Assembly (NCBI GenBank): GCA_017546725.1
Contig: JAFYRX010000024.1
Span: 1,390-65,389 of the forward strand
Length of the DNA: 64,000 nt
Source of the DNA: Alistipes sp.
GTDB lineage: Bacteria > Bacteroidota > Bacteroidia > Bacteroidales > Rikenellaceae
Reading direction: 5' to 3'
Shown here: one piece after another, positions 19,829 to 29,388 of the stretch
Layout: every line of letters starts with the position of its first letter
Position numbering within the stretch: position 1 is the stretch's first letter
Program-made: the position numbers and the translations under genes
The notes under the pieces: generated by a model
The model's input: the letters and a program-made list of their open reading frames with translations, nothing else
Database searches by the model: none
What the model was told of the DNA's origin: nothing

Positions 19829-20398
19829 ATGAAAGAGATATTGAGGGATGATGTCGTGGGCGACGTTACGATTTGCTGTACACGCCGCTCAAGACGAATC
19901 TCGTTATCGATAAAGCCCTCGGGCGAAGTTCGCCTATCATTTCCGCCCTATGCCTCACGCGCAAGGGCATTGGATTTTTTACATTCACGCCGAGATTGGA
20001 TTCTAGCCACCAAAGAAAAGTTCGCTCACAGAGCCATAGACGGCAAGAGCGCCGCACACATCACGCCCGAAGAGATAGAGCAACTGCGAGCCGCAGCAAA
20101 GGCCACCCTACCCCACCGTGTGGCAGAATTGGCTACGCGACACAATCTAAAATATGGAAAGGTAAGTATTCGCGCATCACGCTCGAAATGGGGTTCGTGT
20201 TCGGCCGTAGGCAACATATCGCTATCGTTATATCTGATGATTCTGCCCGAACACTTGCGTGACTATGTCATTTTGCACGAATTGGCGCACACAGTACATC
20301 ACAACCACTCTCCGAGATTTCACGCATTGGTAAATAGTCTAACCGATGGACAGGAAAAGGCACTCGCCCGTGAATTAAAAGAGTATTCGACAAGATAA
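19829..20398 (+). CDS. YgjP/DUF45 (M48-like) metal-dependent hydrolase
   Basis: KWGSCS, YVILHELAHTVHHNHSPRF. Confidence 0.88.
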   Translation: MKEILRDDVVGDVTICCTRRSRRISLSIKPSGEVRLSFPPYASRARALDFLHSRRDWILATKEKFAHRAIDGKSAAHITPEEIEQLRAAAKATLPHRVAELATRHNLKYGKVSIRASRSKWGSCSAVGNISLSLYLMILPEHLRDYVILHELAHTVHHNHSPRFHALVNSLTDGQEKALARELKEYSTR

Positions 20399-20451
20399 AA
20401 AGGGGTTAGAGAATCAATGTATAGCAACACTCTATACAATAAGATAGTATT

Positions 20452-20976
20452 TTACAAAATCTTCTGCATCAGGATTTCATCGATTGCACCATCCGCCGTA
20501 AGTAGCCACTCACGTCTGCGGCCACACTCCACAAAACCTACCCCACTAAAAAGATTGATGCTGGCCTCATTGTCAGCCCCGATGCTACACCACAACTGAT
20601 GCATATGCAGCACTTCTTTAACATAAGTAGCCAACGCACACAGAGCATCTTTGGCATACCCTGCATTACGATATTCAGCCGAAATTACCACGCCTACTCC
20701 AGCCCTGAGATTCTGCGGGTCAAAATCATATAGGTCTATCGCTCCGACAGCCTTCGCTACGCCATCCACATCGGCCTCAACAACGAAACGTTGCTGACGC
20801 GAAGCATAAATGTCGTATTGTTGCTCATCGATAAAACGCATAAGCGAATGGCGAGAAAACGGAGCCATAGTTCCGCTTACTCGCCATAAGTCAGTATCAT
20901 TCTCCCAACTATACATCACGTCAATATCTTGCGGCTCCAATGCGCGCAGACGGCAAATCTTACCTTCGATGTTCAT
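20452..20976 (-). CDS. GNAT N-acetyltransferase (RimJ/SpeG-like)
   Basis: LRALEPQD..YSWEND, YRNAGYA, NEASINLF..GF. Confidence 0.88.
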   Translation of the reverse strand: MNIEGKICRLRALEPQDIDVMYSWENDTDLWRVSGTMAPFSRHSLMRFIDEQQYDIYASRQQRFVVEADVDGVAKAVGAIDLYDFDPQNLRAGVGVVISAEYRNAGYAKDALCALATYVKEVLHMHQLWCSIGADNEASINLFSGVGFVECGRRREWLLTADGAIDEILMQKIL

Positions 20977-20996
20977 AGTGGGTGAAAAATCAAATA

Positions 20997-22226
20997 TTAC
21001 AATCCGATAATCTTGTTGTGGATAAGCATCGCCACACCCCACGCACAAGCATTCTCCGACATCTTAGACTGACGGAACTTGGTATCCTTGTAAACGAGAT
21101 TGAGCGAATACTTGTTGGTAGATGACTTCAACGGCAACATAATGTAGTCGCCCGCAGCCGCAAGATTACCACCCACGATAATAGTCTCGGGGTTGAACGT
21201 ATTGATAAGGAAGGCTACGGCCTTACCCAACTTCTCACCCACCTCCTCGATAAGTTCGATAGAGAGGTTATCGTCATTCTGCGCTGCCGCGATGATATCG
21301 TTGATGTGAATCTGCTCACCTCGGTCATACTTCTCGCGCAGGATAGTGTTTACACCACTCTTGATTAACTTGATAATCTTCTCCTCGATAGCGATACCCG
21401 ACACCTCGGTCTCCAAGCAACCCTTCTTACCACAGGCACAGATAGTCTCGTTATCAAAGAATGGGATGTGACCGAACTCACCCGCAAAACCATTCTTGCC
21501 GTAATAGAGTTTGCCGTCGATGACGATACCGATAGCGACACCACGTCCCAAATGGAGATAGATGATATCGTTCTCCTCCTTCGAACGACTGCAATTATAC
21601 TCGGCATAGCAACGTGCACGGGTATCGTTTTCAAGCAATACACGAATCTTGGTACGCTCCTGAATAATATCGCGCAAAGACTCCTCGCTCGATGTGAAGT
21701 ACATATAACTGCGGCCCGTCTCGGGATTTACACGACCAACGATAGATACGCCAAGTCCCAAAATCTTACCTCGGTCGATTCCGCAGGTAGAGATAAACTC
21801 CTCGATATTGTTACATATCTTCTCCAAGCACTGTTGGCGGTTCTGCAACTCGAAACTGTTATCGACAACCTCTTTGATGATGTTGTTATGCAAGTCGGTA
21901 ATAACGTATGTCATATTATCACGGCCCACGTTCACACCCACGAAATAGATAGCCGAATTAGCCAAACCAAATACATTGGGGCGGCGACCACCAGGAGTCT
22001 CGACCTTACCCAAATCGTTTACGATATTCTCATCGATGAGTTCCTGCACCAATTTAGTTATTGTCGGCACACTGATATGCAACTCCTTAGTCAATTCGGC
22101 AAGCGTCGATTCGCCATTAACTGCCATATAGGCAATAATGTTACGCTTTATAATATTGTTCTTATGAGCAATACCTTTGATGTTGTCGCTCGGCTGGATG
22201 TTAAAAAATTCAGTAAGTGATGACAT
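20997..22226 (-). CDS. ROK family transcriptional regulator
   Basis: N-terminal HTH, GGRRP, LENDTRA, GFAGEFGH, CACGKKGCLE; promoter TATATTTG at 22272-22279 (minus). Confidence 0.93.
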   Translation of the reverse strand: MSSLTEFFNIQPSDNIKGIAHKNNIIKRNIIAYMAVNGESTLAELTKELHISVPTITKLVQELIDENIVNDLGKVETPGGRRPNVFGLANSAIYFVGVNVGRDNMTYVITDLHNNIIKEVVDNSFELQNRQQCLEKICNNIEEFISTCGIDRGKILGLGVSIVGRVNPETGRSYMYFTSSEESLRDIIQERTKIRVLLENDTRARCYAEYNCSRSKEENDIIYLHLGRGVAIGIVIDGKLYYGKNGFAGEFGHIPFFDNETICACGKKGCLETEVSGIAIEEKIIKLIKSGVNTILREKYDRGEQIHINDIIAAAQNDDNLSIELIEEVGEKLGKAVAFLINTFNPETIIVGGNLAAAGDYIMLPLKSSTNKYSLNLVYKDTKFRQSKMSENACAWGVAMLIHNKIIGL

Positions 22227-22388
22227 AACTACAAGTATTTGAAGGTTAAATTATTTTAATTAATCTCTTTGCAAATATAAACATTATTATTGATACGGGC
22301 AATTATTATTTAATTATTTTAACAAATTTTATAAAAAATAGTCTATCTCGCAACCTTTGTGTTTACAACACCACTCTCCCGCCAAACA

Positions 22389-22422
22389 AAAACCGCATAC
22401 GCTCAACGGCATATACGGTTTT
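22389..22422 (-). terminator. Intrinsic terminator after fabD
   Basis: AAAACCG..ATA.GC / GC.TAT.CGGTTTT imperfect stem with an A/T tract. Confidence 0.5.
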
Positions 22423-22450
22423 ATATCAAAGTCTATTCTAATCCACTGTG

Positions 22451-23335
22451 CTACTCCACATCAGCACGTGAGGTCACCTGCGCATCCGCCGACACCTTCT
22501 TGATAAGTCCTTGCAGAACATTGCCAGGACCTAACTCATCGAAGCACATTACGCCATCTGCAAGCATATTCTTCACTATCTGTGTCCAACGCACAGGAGC
22601 CGTAAGTTGTGCTATAAGGTTTTGCTTAATCTCATCGGGCGAGGTGTGTGGCTGGGCATCGACATTCTGATAGATGGGGCAACGGGGAGTATGGAACTCA
22701 ACCTCCTCAATCGCAGCCTGCAACTCTGCACGGGCAGCCTCCATAAGTGGTGAGTGGAATGCACCGCCGACGGGCAGACGCAGAGCACGTTTTGCTCCTG
22801 CCTCCTTCAACTTGGCACAAGCCTCGTCAACAGTCTCATCTGTACCCGAAATAACAAGTTGCCCAGGACAGTTATAGTTTGCAGCCACGACTACGCCTTC
22901 AATCGAAGAGCATATCTGCTCGACCTGCTCATCCTCCATAGACAATATTGCAGCCATACCTCCAGGAGTATTCTCACAACACTGCTGCATAGCCATAGCA
23001 CGTTTTGCCACAAGGCGCAGACCATCCTCAAACGACAGAACACCCGCTGCTACCAGTGCCGAGAACTCACCCAACGAGTGGCCCGCTACGGCATCGGGCT
23101 TAATATCCAGCACTTTTGCCAATACTACCGAATGGAGGAATACGGCGGGCTGTGTTACCTTTGTCTGCTTGAGTTCGTCAGCAGAGCCCTCAAACATAAT
23201 ATCTGTGATACGGAAGCCGAGAATATTGTTAGCCTGCTCAAAAAGTGCTTTGGCCTGCTCGTTATTTTCATAAAGGTTTTTTCCCATTCCCGAGAACTGC
23301 GCTCCTTGGCCTGGGAAAACATACGCGTGTTTCAT
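22451..23335 (-). CDS. fabD: Malonyl-CoA:ACP transacylase
   Basis: FPGQGAQ, TQPA, GHSLGE, ANYNCPGQ, AFHSPLM; promoter TAACTTTG at 23396-23403. Confidence 0.97.
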   Translation of the reverse strand: MKHAYVFPGQGAQFSGMGKNLYENNEQAKALFEQANNILGFRITDIMFEGSADELKQTKVTQPAVFLHSVVLAKVLDIKPDAVAGHSLGEFSALVAAGVLSFEDGLRLVAKRAMAMQQCCENTPGGMAAILSMEDEQVEQICSSIEGVVVAANYNCPGQLVISGTDETVDEACAKLKEAGAKRALRLPVGGAFHSPLMEAARAELQAAIEEVEFHTPRCPIYQNVDAQPHTSPDEIKQNLIAQLTAPVRWTQIVKNMLADGVMCFDELGPGNVLQGLIKKVSADAQVTSRADVE

Positions 23336-23446
23336 ATTTATAATTTTACTTTTTCAAGAGTCCGCGACAAACTCTACTATTAAAATTTTGTTGGGCAAAG
23401 TTAAACGCAATAATAGAATTTTGCAACACGCACGTGATGAATGGGG

Positions 23447-23517
23447 CATAATTGTGGCGTAATGCTCCATAATTTGGGGTAAATATTTGCAAACACGATG
23501 GCGAAATAGTATATTTG
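23447..23517 (+). promoter_or_regulatory. Direct repeat spaced 21 bp apart plus -7 element upstream of the esterase
   Basis: CATAATTGTGGCGTAA (23447) and CATAATTTGGGGTAA (23468); TATATTTG at 23510-23517. Confidence 0.45.
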
Positions 23518-23597
23518 TAAATGTGTAAAATTGCAACCCCAAAACTTTAACCGCAATTTAGAACATAATAATAATATTTTACCAAAACTATTTTTCT

Positions 23598-24770
23598 ATG
23601 AAAAAAATTACTTTCCTAATTCTTGCAGCCTTTGCCGTTGTATTTGGCGCACAGGCACAGGAGGCATTGTGGAGCAGAGCAAATGTCGTTTCTCCACAGA
23701 TTAACGAAGACAACAGCGTAACATTCCGCCTGATGGCTCCCCAGGCACAGAAGGTAGCCGTTACGGGCGATTTCACCACAACCGAGGGTAAGGACATCCG
23801 CTACGGCGAGATGAGTAAGAACGACAAGGGTGTTTGGGAGTTCACTACACCTCCTTTGCGCTCGGAGTTGTACAGTTACAGTTTCGTTATGGACGGTGTG
23901 GTTATTCGTGACCCCTCTAACGTCTATATGAATCGTGACGTAGCATCGGTAACCAACATCTTTATCGTAAACGGCGACCGTGGTGACATCTACAAAGTTA
24001 ATGATGTTCCTCACGGCAGCGTTAAGCGCAGCTGGTATCACAGTGCGACATTGGAGAAGGACCGCCGCGTGACTATCTACACGCCGGCAGGCTATGAGTC
24101 AGGCAAGGATAAGTATCCCGTACTTTACCTCTTGCACGGTGCTGGTGGCGACGAGGAGGCTTGGATTGCATTGGGTCGCACATCGCAGATTTTGGATAAC
24201 CTTATCGCACAGGGCAAATGCGAGCCTATGATTGTTGTTATGACTAACGGTAACGCTTGGCAGCAGGCTGCTGCGGGCGAGTCGGCTGCGGGTATGACTA
24301 CACCTTCGATGATGGGTGGTGGTCGTCGTGGCGGCAACTCGGGCGCACCCCAAAAGTCATTCGAGGATTCGTTTGGCGATGTAATCAAGTATGTTGAGGC
24401 TAACTACCGCGTCATCAAGAAGAAGGAGGGTCGCGCCGTTGCAGGTTTGTCAATGGGAGGTATGCACTCTGCTAACATTTCGCGTATGTATGCCAAGACT
24501 TTTGACTATGTAGGTTTGTTCTCGGCTGCATTGCCCAACACAAAGGACGAGGCTATCCAGGCTGGCATCAAGACACAGAAGGATAACGGTTTCAAACTAT
24601 ATTGGATTGCTTGCGGTACAACCGATTTCTTGTATCAGGCAAATTTGGGTTATATGAAGTACCTTGACTCAATCGACTTCCCCTACACTTATCGTGAGAG
24701 CGATGGTGGCCACATTTGGCGCAACTGGCGACTCTACTTGTCGGAGTTCGCACCGATGTTGTGGAAGTAA
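23598..24770 (+). CDS. Secreted CBM48-like + CE1-type carbohydrate esterase
   Basis: Signal peptide, SP....SVTFRL.AP, VPHG, YPVLYLLHG, GLSMGG nucleophile, GGHIWRNWR. Confidence 0.9.
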   Translation: MKKITFLILAAFAVVFGAQAQEALWSRANVVSPQINEDNSVTFRLMAPQAQKVAVTGDFTTTEGKDIRYGEMSKNDKGVWEFTTPPLRSELYSYSFVMDGVVIRDPSNVYMNRDVASVTNIFIVNGDRGDIYKVNDVPHGSVKRSWYHSATLEKDRRVTIYTPAGYESGKDKYPVLYLLHGAGGDEEAWIALGRTSQILDNLIAQGKCEPMIVVMTNGNAWQQAAAGESAAGMTTPSMMGGGRRGGNSGAPQKSFEDSFGDVIKYVEANYRVIKKKEGRAVAGLSMGGMHSANISRMYAKTFDYVGLFSAALPNTKDEAIQAGIKTQKDNGFKLYWIACGTTDFLYQANLGYMKYLDSIDFPYTYRESDGGHIWRNWRLYLSEFAPMLWK

Positions 24771-24791
24771 GAGTCAAACTCTAAAGCAAAA

Positions 24792-24823
24792 CAAACCCCG
24801 CAGTCAGTTGATTGCGGGGTTTG
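24792..24823. terminator. Bidirectional terminator
   Basis: CAAACCCCGC...GCGGGGTTTG. Confidence 0.7.
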
Positions 24824-24826
24824 CTG

Positions 24827-25645
24827 TTATCTTAAAGTTCCATTCTCATTGTGGCTTCGCGAAATAGCGCCCAATATATGATAACTTATTTCGTAATGGG
24901 TATATTTACTCTTATCAATCTCGCCGCCCATAACGTTTGCCTTTGTTTCGCACTGCCAACCAGCAGATTGAGAAGTAGCAGCGCGCGAAGAACGGTCAAT
25001 CAATATACCATCCTTGCTATATGTGGCACTGACATAAAGGTCGTAATTATAAGCATCTATTCCAAAAACATTCTTTGCATATCCCGCGAGAGAGATACTG
25101 CGCTTTGACTGCTCCTGAACTGTCTCATTATGACGTGTGGTCCGAATATCACTATCCATAATGGCATACGAACCAATCCTGTCGAATATAAAATTGTGTT
25201 CGTCAGATACCGCCGCAATGGTCTTGACCGTACAACCATTTACCTCCCAACACAACTCCACAAGAGTAATCGCATCCTTATCGTTGGCAAATATATTTTC
25301 GATATGGGGTTTGATAATCTCTTTCGTTCTATTAAAACCAACATTGTCTATCTTATTGATTTTTCTATAGACTCCAGATGTCATCACATACACATCATAG
25401 TCCGTTGCGATAGGATTTACCACCATATATGAATCATCAGAATACCAACTATCAATCAGTTTTTCGAGTTGGGCCTCGCTACGGATTTTTCCTTGTACCT
25501 TATACGATTTGAGAGTTATGCCGCGACGAGTGTTTTGTTTGGCATTTTCGAGAGCCTCCTGCCAACTGAAAGCAGGCTCATTTGCGCAAACCGATGCTGG
25601 CAGTGCAAGCATCAGGCTCATTGCTAAAATTAATAACTTTTTCAT
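24827..25645 (-). CDS. Hypothetical secreted protein
   Basis: 272-aa ORF with a classic signal peptide (MKKLLILAMSLMLALPASVCA); no family recognised. Confidence 0.7.
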   Translation of the reverse strand: MKKLLILAMSLMLALPASVCANEPAFSWQEALENAKQNTRRGITLKSYKVQGKIRSEAQLEKLIDSWYSDDSYMVVNPIATDYDVYVMTSGVYRKINKIDNVGFNRTKEIIKPHIENIFANDKDAITLVELCWEVNGCTVKTIAAVSDEHNFIFDRIGSYAIMDSDIRTTRHNETVQEQSKRSISLAGYAKNVFGIDAYNYDLYVSATYSKDGILIDRSSRAATSQSAGWQCETKANVMGGEIDKSKYTHYEISYHILGAISRSHNENGTLR

Positions 25646-25692
25646 AGTCGTAATAGTTTTGGTGAAATTTCGGTCGTTGCTAAATTAATAAG

Positions 25693-25728
25693 AAAAACAG
25701 CAAATTCCAAACGGAATTCGCTGTTTTT
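25693..25728 (-). terminator. Hairpin after miaB
   Basis: AAAAACAGCAAATTCC-AAAC-GGAATTCGCTGTTTTT. Confidence 0.6.
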
Positions 25729-25774
25729 TATGGGGGGGGGAAATTCGGACACTTTTGTGTCAAAATAGAATATT

Positions 25775-27124
25775 TTATACCATTTCTTCACCAAATAGTG
25801 TTGCCGATGAGCAACCCGTAATACGACAACGTACATAGTCACCAACCTTATGGTCGCCTCGGTCGAATACTACAACCTTGTTTTGCGACGTACGGCCAAA
25901 CAACTGCTCCTCGCTACGCTTTGATGTACCTTCAACAAGCACCTCAAACTCCTTGCCTACATCGCGCTTATTGCTCTGCTCCGAAAGGCGATTTTGCAGA
26001 TTGATAATCTCGGTCAAGCGAGCCGTCTTGACATCCTCGGGTATATCGTCACCCAAATGACGCTGTGCAAATGTGCCAGGGCGCTCCGAGTATTTGAACA
26101 TAAAGGCAAACTCATAGCCAACCTCCTCCATAAGTGAGAGCGTCAAACGGTGGTCCTCCTCGGTCTCGCCCGTAAATCCTGCGATAAGGTCGGTCGTGAT
26201 GGCACAATCGGGCATATAACGACGTATTGCCGCCACTCTATCGAGATACCACTCGCGCGTATATTTACGATTCATCTTCTCGAGCATCACCGTAGAGCCC
26301 GATTGAGCAGGCAGGTGGATAGCGCGGCAGATGTTGGGCATCGAGGCCATAGTCTCCAACAACTTATCGCTCATATCCTTGGGGTGTGACGTAGCGAAAC
26401 GCACACGAAGCAACGGAGAAATCTCGGCTACGGCCTTCAAGAGTGCAGGGAAATCGTAATCGCCCGTACGGTATGAGTTCACATTCTGGCCCAAAAGAGT
26501 AACTTCACGGTAGCCATTCTCAAAGAGAGTACGAGCCTCGGCGATGATTGTCTCGGCATCGCGGCTACGCTCACGGCCACGAGTATAAGGCACTACGCAA
26601 TATGAGCAGAAATTGTTGCAACCACGCATAATAGCGATATAGGCACTCACGCCATTTCTATCCAAGCGCACAGGCTTAATCTCGGCATAGGTCTCCTCTG
26701 TAGAGAGCAGGGTGTTGACACCTTTACCTCCCGACTCGGCCTCACGCACCAAGCGTGGCAAATCACGGTAGGCATCAGGTCCCGCCACGATATCTACGGC
26801 CAATTCACCCTCCAAGAGTTGCTCCTTGAGGCGTTCGGCCATACAGCCTATAATACCGATTTTGAGCGCAGGATTCTTCTTGCGCAGACGACGCATATCG
26901 CTCAAACGGCCCCAAATGCGTTGCTCGGCATTGTCACGGATAGAGCAAGTGTTGATGAGAATTACATCGGCATCCTCTATTTTGTCGGTATAGAAGTAGC
27001 CCTCATTCTGCATAATAGAGATGACAATCTCCGAGTCGCCAACATTCATCTGGCAACCATAGGTCTCGATAAATATCTTGCGACCTTCGCCTGTGAGTGG
27101 TCGCAGGGTATTAGTATTAAGCAT
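25775..27124 (-). CDS. miaB: tRNA-i6A37 methylthiotransferase MiaB
   Basis: ETYGCQMN, NTCSIR, GCMAER, CNNFCSYC radical SAM motif, C-terminal TRAM domain. Confidence 0.96.
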   Translation of the reverse strand: MLNTNTLRPLTGEGRKIFIETYGCQMNVGDSEIVISIMQNEGYFYTDKIEDADVILINTCSIRDNAEQRIWGRLSDMRRLRKKNPALKIGIIGCMAERLKEQLLEGELAVDIVAGPDAYRDLPRLVREAESGGKGVNTLLSTEETYAEIKPVRLDRNGVSAYIAIMRGCNNFCSYCVVPYTRGRERSRDAETIIAEARTLFENGYREVTLLGQNVNSYRTGDYDFPALLKAVAEISPLLRVRFATSHPKDMSDKLLETMASMPNICRAIHLPAQSGSTVMLEKMNRKYTREWYLDRVAAIRRYMPDCAITTDLIAGFTGETEEDHRLTLSLMEEVGYEFAFMFKYSERPGTFAQRHLGDDIPEDVKTARLTEIINLQNRLSEQSNKRDVGKEFEVLVEGTSKRSEEQLFGRTSQNKVVVFDRGDHKVGDYVRCRITGCSSATLFGEEMV

Positions 27125-27134
27125 AATTCTTTAG

Positions 27135-28127
27135 TTACTCTAAAACACTATTGTTATCCGTAAACGACTTGAAGCCCTCACCATAGGTGTCGTAAGCATC
27201 TGTCACAACAAGGAACAACGTCGGGTCAATCTCACGCAACTTGCGCTGCACCTGTGTAACCTCACGACGGCTTACGACCAAGAAAATCATCTGCTTATCC
27301 TCGTTGCTATAAAGACCCGATGACTTGATATATGTACCTCCACGCTGCAAATCGTTGAGGATGTAGTCGCGTATCTGCTCGGTATGGTCTCGGCTGATAA
27401 TAAATAGCAGTTTGTCGTACGATGCACCATCAATCACACGGTCAATCACACGCGAAGAAATAAAGATGCAGATAAGTGAGTAGAACGACAAGAGCCAACC
27501 GCCAGCTTCTTTTCCATCGATACCCAAGCCAAAGCCGATAACTACCAAACCAGCCAACACAACGCAAGAGTCAGCCAAAAGCACTCCTTTGGGGAAGGGT
27601 ATCTTCAGGAACTTGTTCAGAATCATCGCAATAATATCTGTTCCACCTGTCGTTGCATTACATCTTACGACCAAACCCAAGCCTACACCAAGCATAGTAC
27701 CGCCAAGCACCGATGCCAAGATGAGGTGATTAGAGAAGTCCATCGAGCCACCCAAAAGTTGCGAGGGGTCCAACGCCTCCAGAGCCTCACGTGTGGGATA
27801 GACCAGCGACGAGAAGATATTCATCAAACCAGGGGTGATGGCTGCGGCATAGAGCGTACGACCACCGAACTGCTTTCCGAATAGTATAATCGCAGCGGTA
27901 AGCAACGGAATATCAAAGATATAGCCGAATGTACCCACCTGCACCGACGGGAAGATATTGTGCAACACAATACCCAAACCATAAATACCACCAGGAACGA
28001 TGTTATAGGGGTTGATAAAGAATACAAAACCTACGGCGGCCATAATACAGCCGATGGTTATAATTGTCATTTCGCGCCACCAAACGGGATTGGCGAGAGA
28101 ATCCTTTACGATTGATTTTACTGCCAT
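27135..28127 (-). CDS. YitT family membrane protein
   Basis: PGGIYGL, TTGGTDIIA, C-terminal IDP..F domain; promoter TAACTTTG at 28152-28159 supports ATG 28127. Confidence 0.9.
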   Translation of the reverse strand: MAVKSIVKDSLANPVWWREMTIITIGCIMAAVGFVFFINPYNIVPGGIYGLGIVLHNIFPSVQVGTFGYIFDIPLLTAAIILFGKQFGGRTLYAAAITPGLMNIFSSLVYPTREALEALDPSQLLGGSMDFSNHLILASVLGGTMLGVGLGLVVRCNATTGGTDIIAMILNKFLKIPFPKGVLLADSCVVLAGLVVIGFGLGIDGKEAGGWLLSFYSLICIFISSRVIDRVIDGASYDKLLFIISRDHTEQIRDYILNDLQRGGTYIKSSGLYSNEDKQMIFLVVSRREVTQVQRKLREIDPTLFLVVTDAYDTYGEGFKSFTDNNSVLE

Positions 28128-28589
28128 ATTGTTTTTGCTTTTTATTGGGGGCAAAGTTACGATTTTTTTCGTCATTTTTACGTCCAAACGACGATTTTAG
28201 ATTACGAATTTTAATTTCAATCCATTTTACGCGAATTCTGCGAGACTACTCCACTCGCAATATTTAACTTTGGCGGGTAATAACAGACAAAAAAAAGAGC
28301 GAATAGCGTATTTTTTACCACAAATTACGATATTTTGACCACAAGCGTAGTGCTTTTTGTAACATTGAGCCAATGTTAGCCACATATTTTTTGAAAATAA
28401 GATAAAATAGTAGAGTTTTGCAACAAAATTATAGCGATATAGAATATTAAAACAAGCGGATAAAAGAACCTCGACTTGGAAAATTAAAGAAATATCCCTA
28501 TATTTGTACAGATTATATATGTGAGTTTACGCAGATTTTGAGGCATTACGTAGCCTACAGCATTGCGTAGTTAATTAAATTTGAAAGAT

Positions 28590-29288
28590 ATGGCCAGTTG
28601 GAGTTTTATTACATACTATTGCGTTATCACTATGCTTCTTATCGCTTATGTGCTTGGTTCAATCCCCAGTGCAGTGTGGATTGGTAAGAAGTATTACGGC
28701 GTAGACATCCGCGAACACGGAAGCAAGAATGCAGGTACAACTAATATGTTGCGTGTACTTGGCCGCCGTGCAGCGTTGCCCGTATTTGTTTTGGATTTCT
28801 TCAAGGGATTCGTAGCAGTTACGCTCATCGGACTTATGCGCTACGATGCCGACATAAATTCGGCGTGGTTGATTAACCTCAAGATTTTGGGTGTATTTGC
28901 GGCAGTTATTGGTCACATATTCCCCATCTTTGCCAACTTCAAGGGCGGCAAAGGCGTTGCGACACTCGTAGGTGCTGTTACAGGTATTTACCCTCAAATC
29001 ATCTTCTTGTGCTTTGCTGTGTGGTGCCTTGTATTCCTCATTTCGCATTATGTATCATTGGCATCGATGACGGCAGGATGCTGCTTCCCGCTACTGGTAG
29101 TTATCTACTCATCGTCTGAGTGGTCGCGTAACAACGATGTATCGTTTACATTCATCATATTTGCATTTGCGGTAGCCATCCTGTTGTTGTGGTCACACCG
29201 TAAGAATATCGAGAGATTGAAGGCAGGTACAGAATCGAAGATATATATTTGGAAGAGTTCCGACAATAAAGAGGCCAAAAAGGAATAA
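28590..29288 (+). CDS. plsY: Glycerol-3-phosphate acyltransferase PlsY
   Basis: YVLGSIP, DIREHGSKNAGTTN, GHIFP..FKGGKGVAT, HRKNIERL..GTE; promoter TATATTTG at 28499-28506. Confidence 0.95.
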   Translation: MASWSFITYYCVITMLLIAYVLGSIPSAVWIGKKYYGVDIREHGSKNAGTTNMLRVLGRRAALPVFVLDFFKGFVAVTLIGLMRYDADINSAWLINLKILGVFAAVIGHIFPIFANFKGGKGVATLVGAVTGIYPQIIFLCFAVWCLVFLISHYVSLASMTAGCCFPLLVVIYSSSEWSRNNDVSFTFIIFAFAVAILLLWSHRKNIERLKAGTESKIYIWKSSDNKEAKKE

Positions 29289-29388
29289 GCGGCGCCACGG
29301 TGCGTCTATTAGTCATTAGCAAAAGAGGCTAAAGCGACTCAACAGCCATTATTAAATCGAGTTTAACACAAGAAAAGAATATTTTTTT

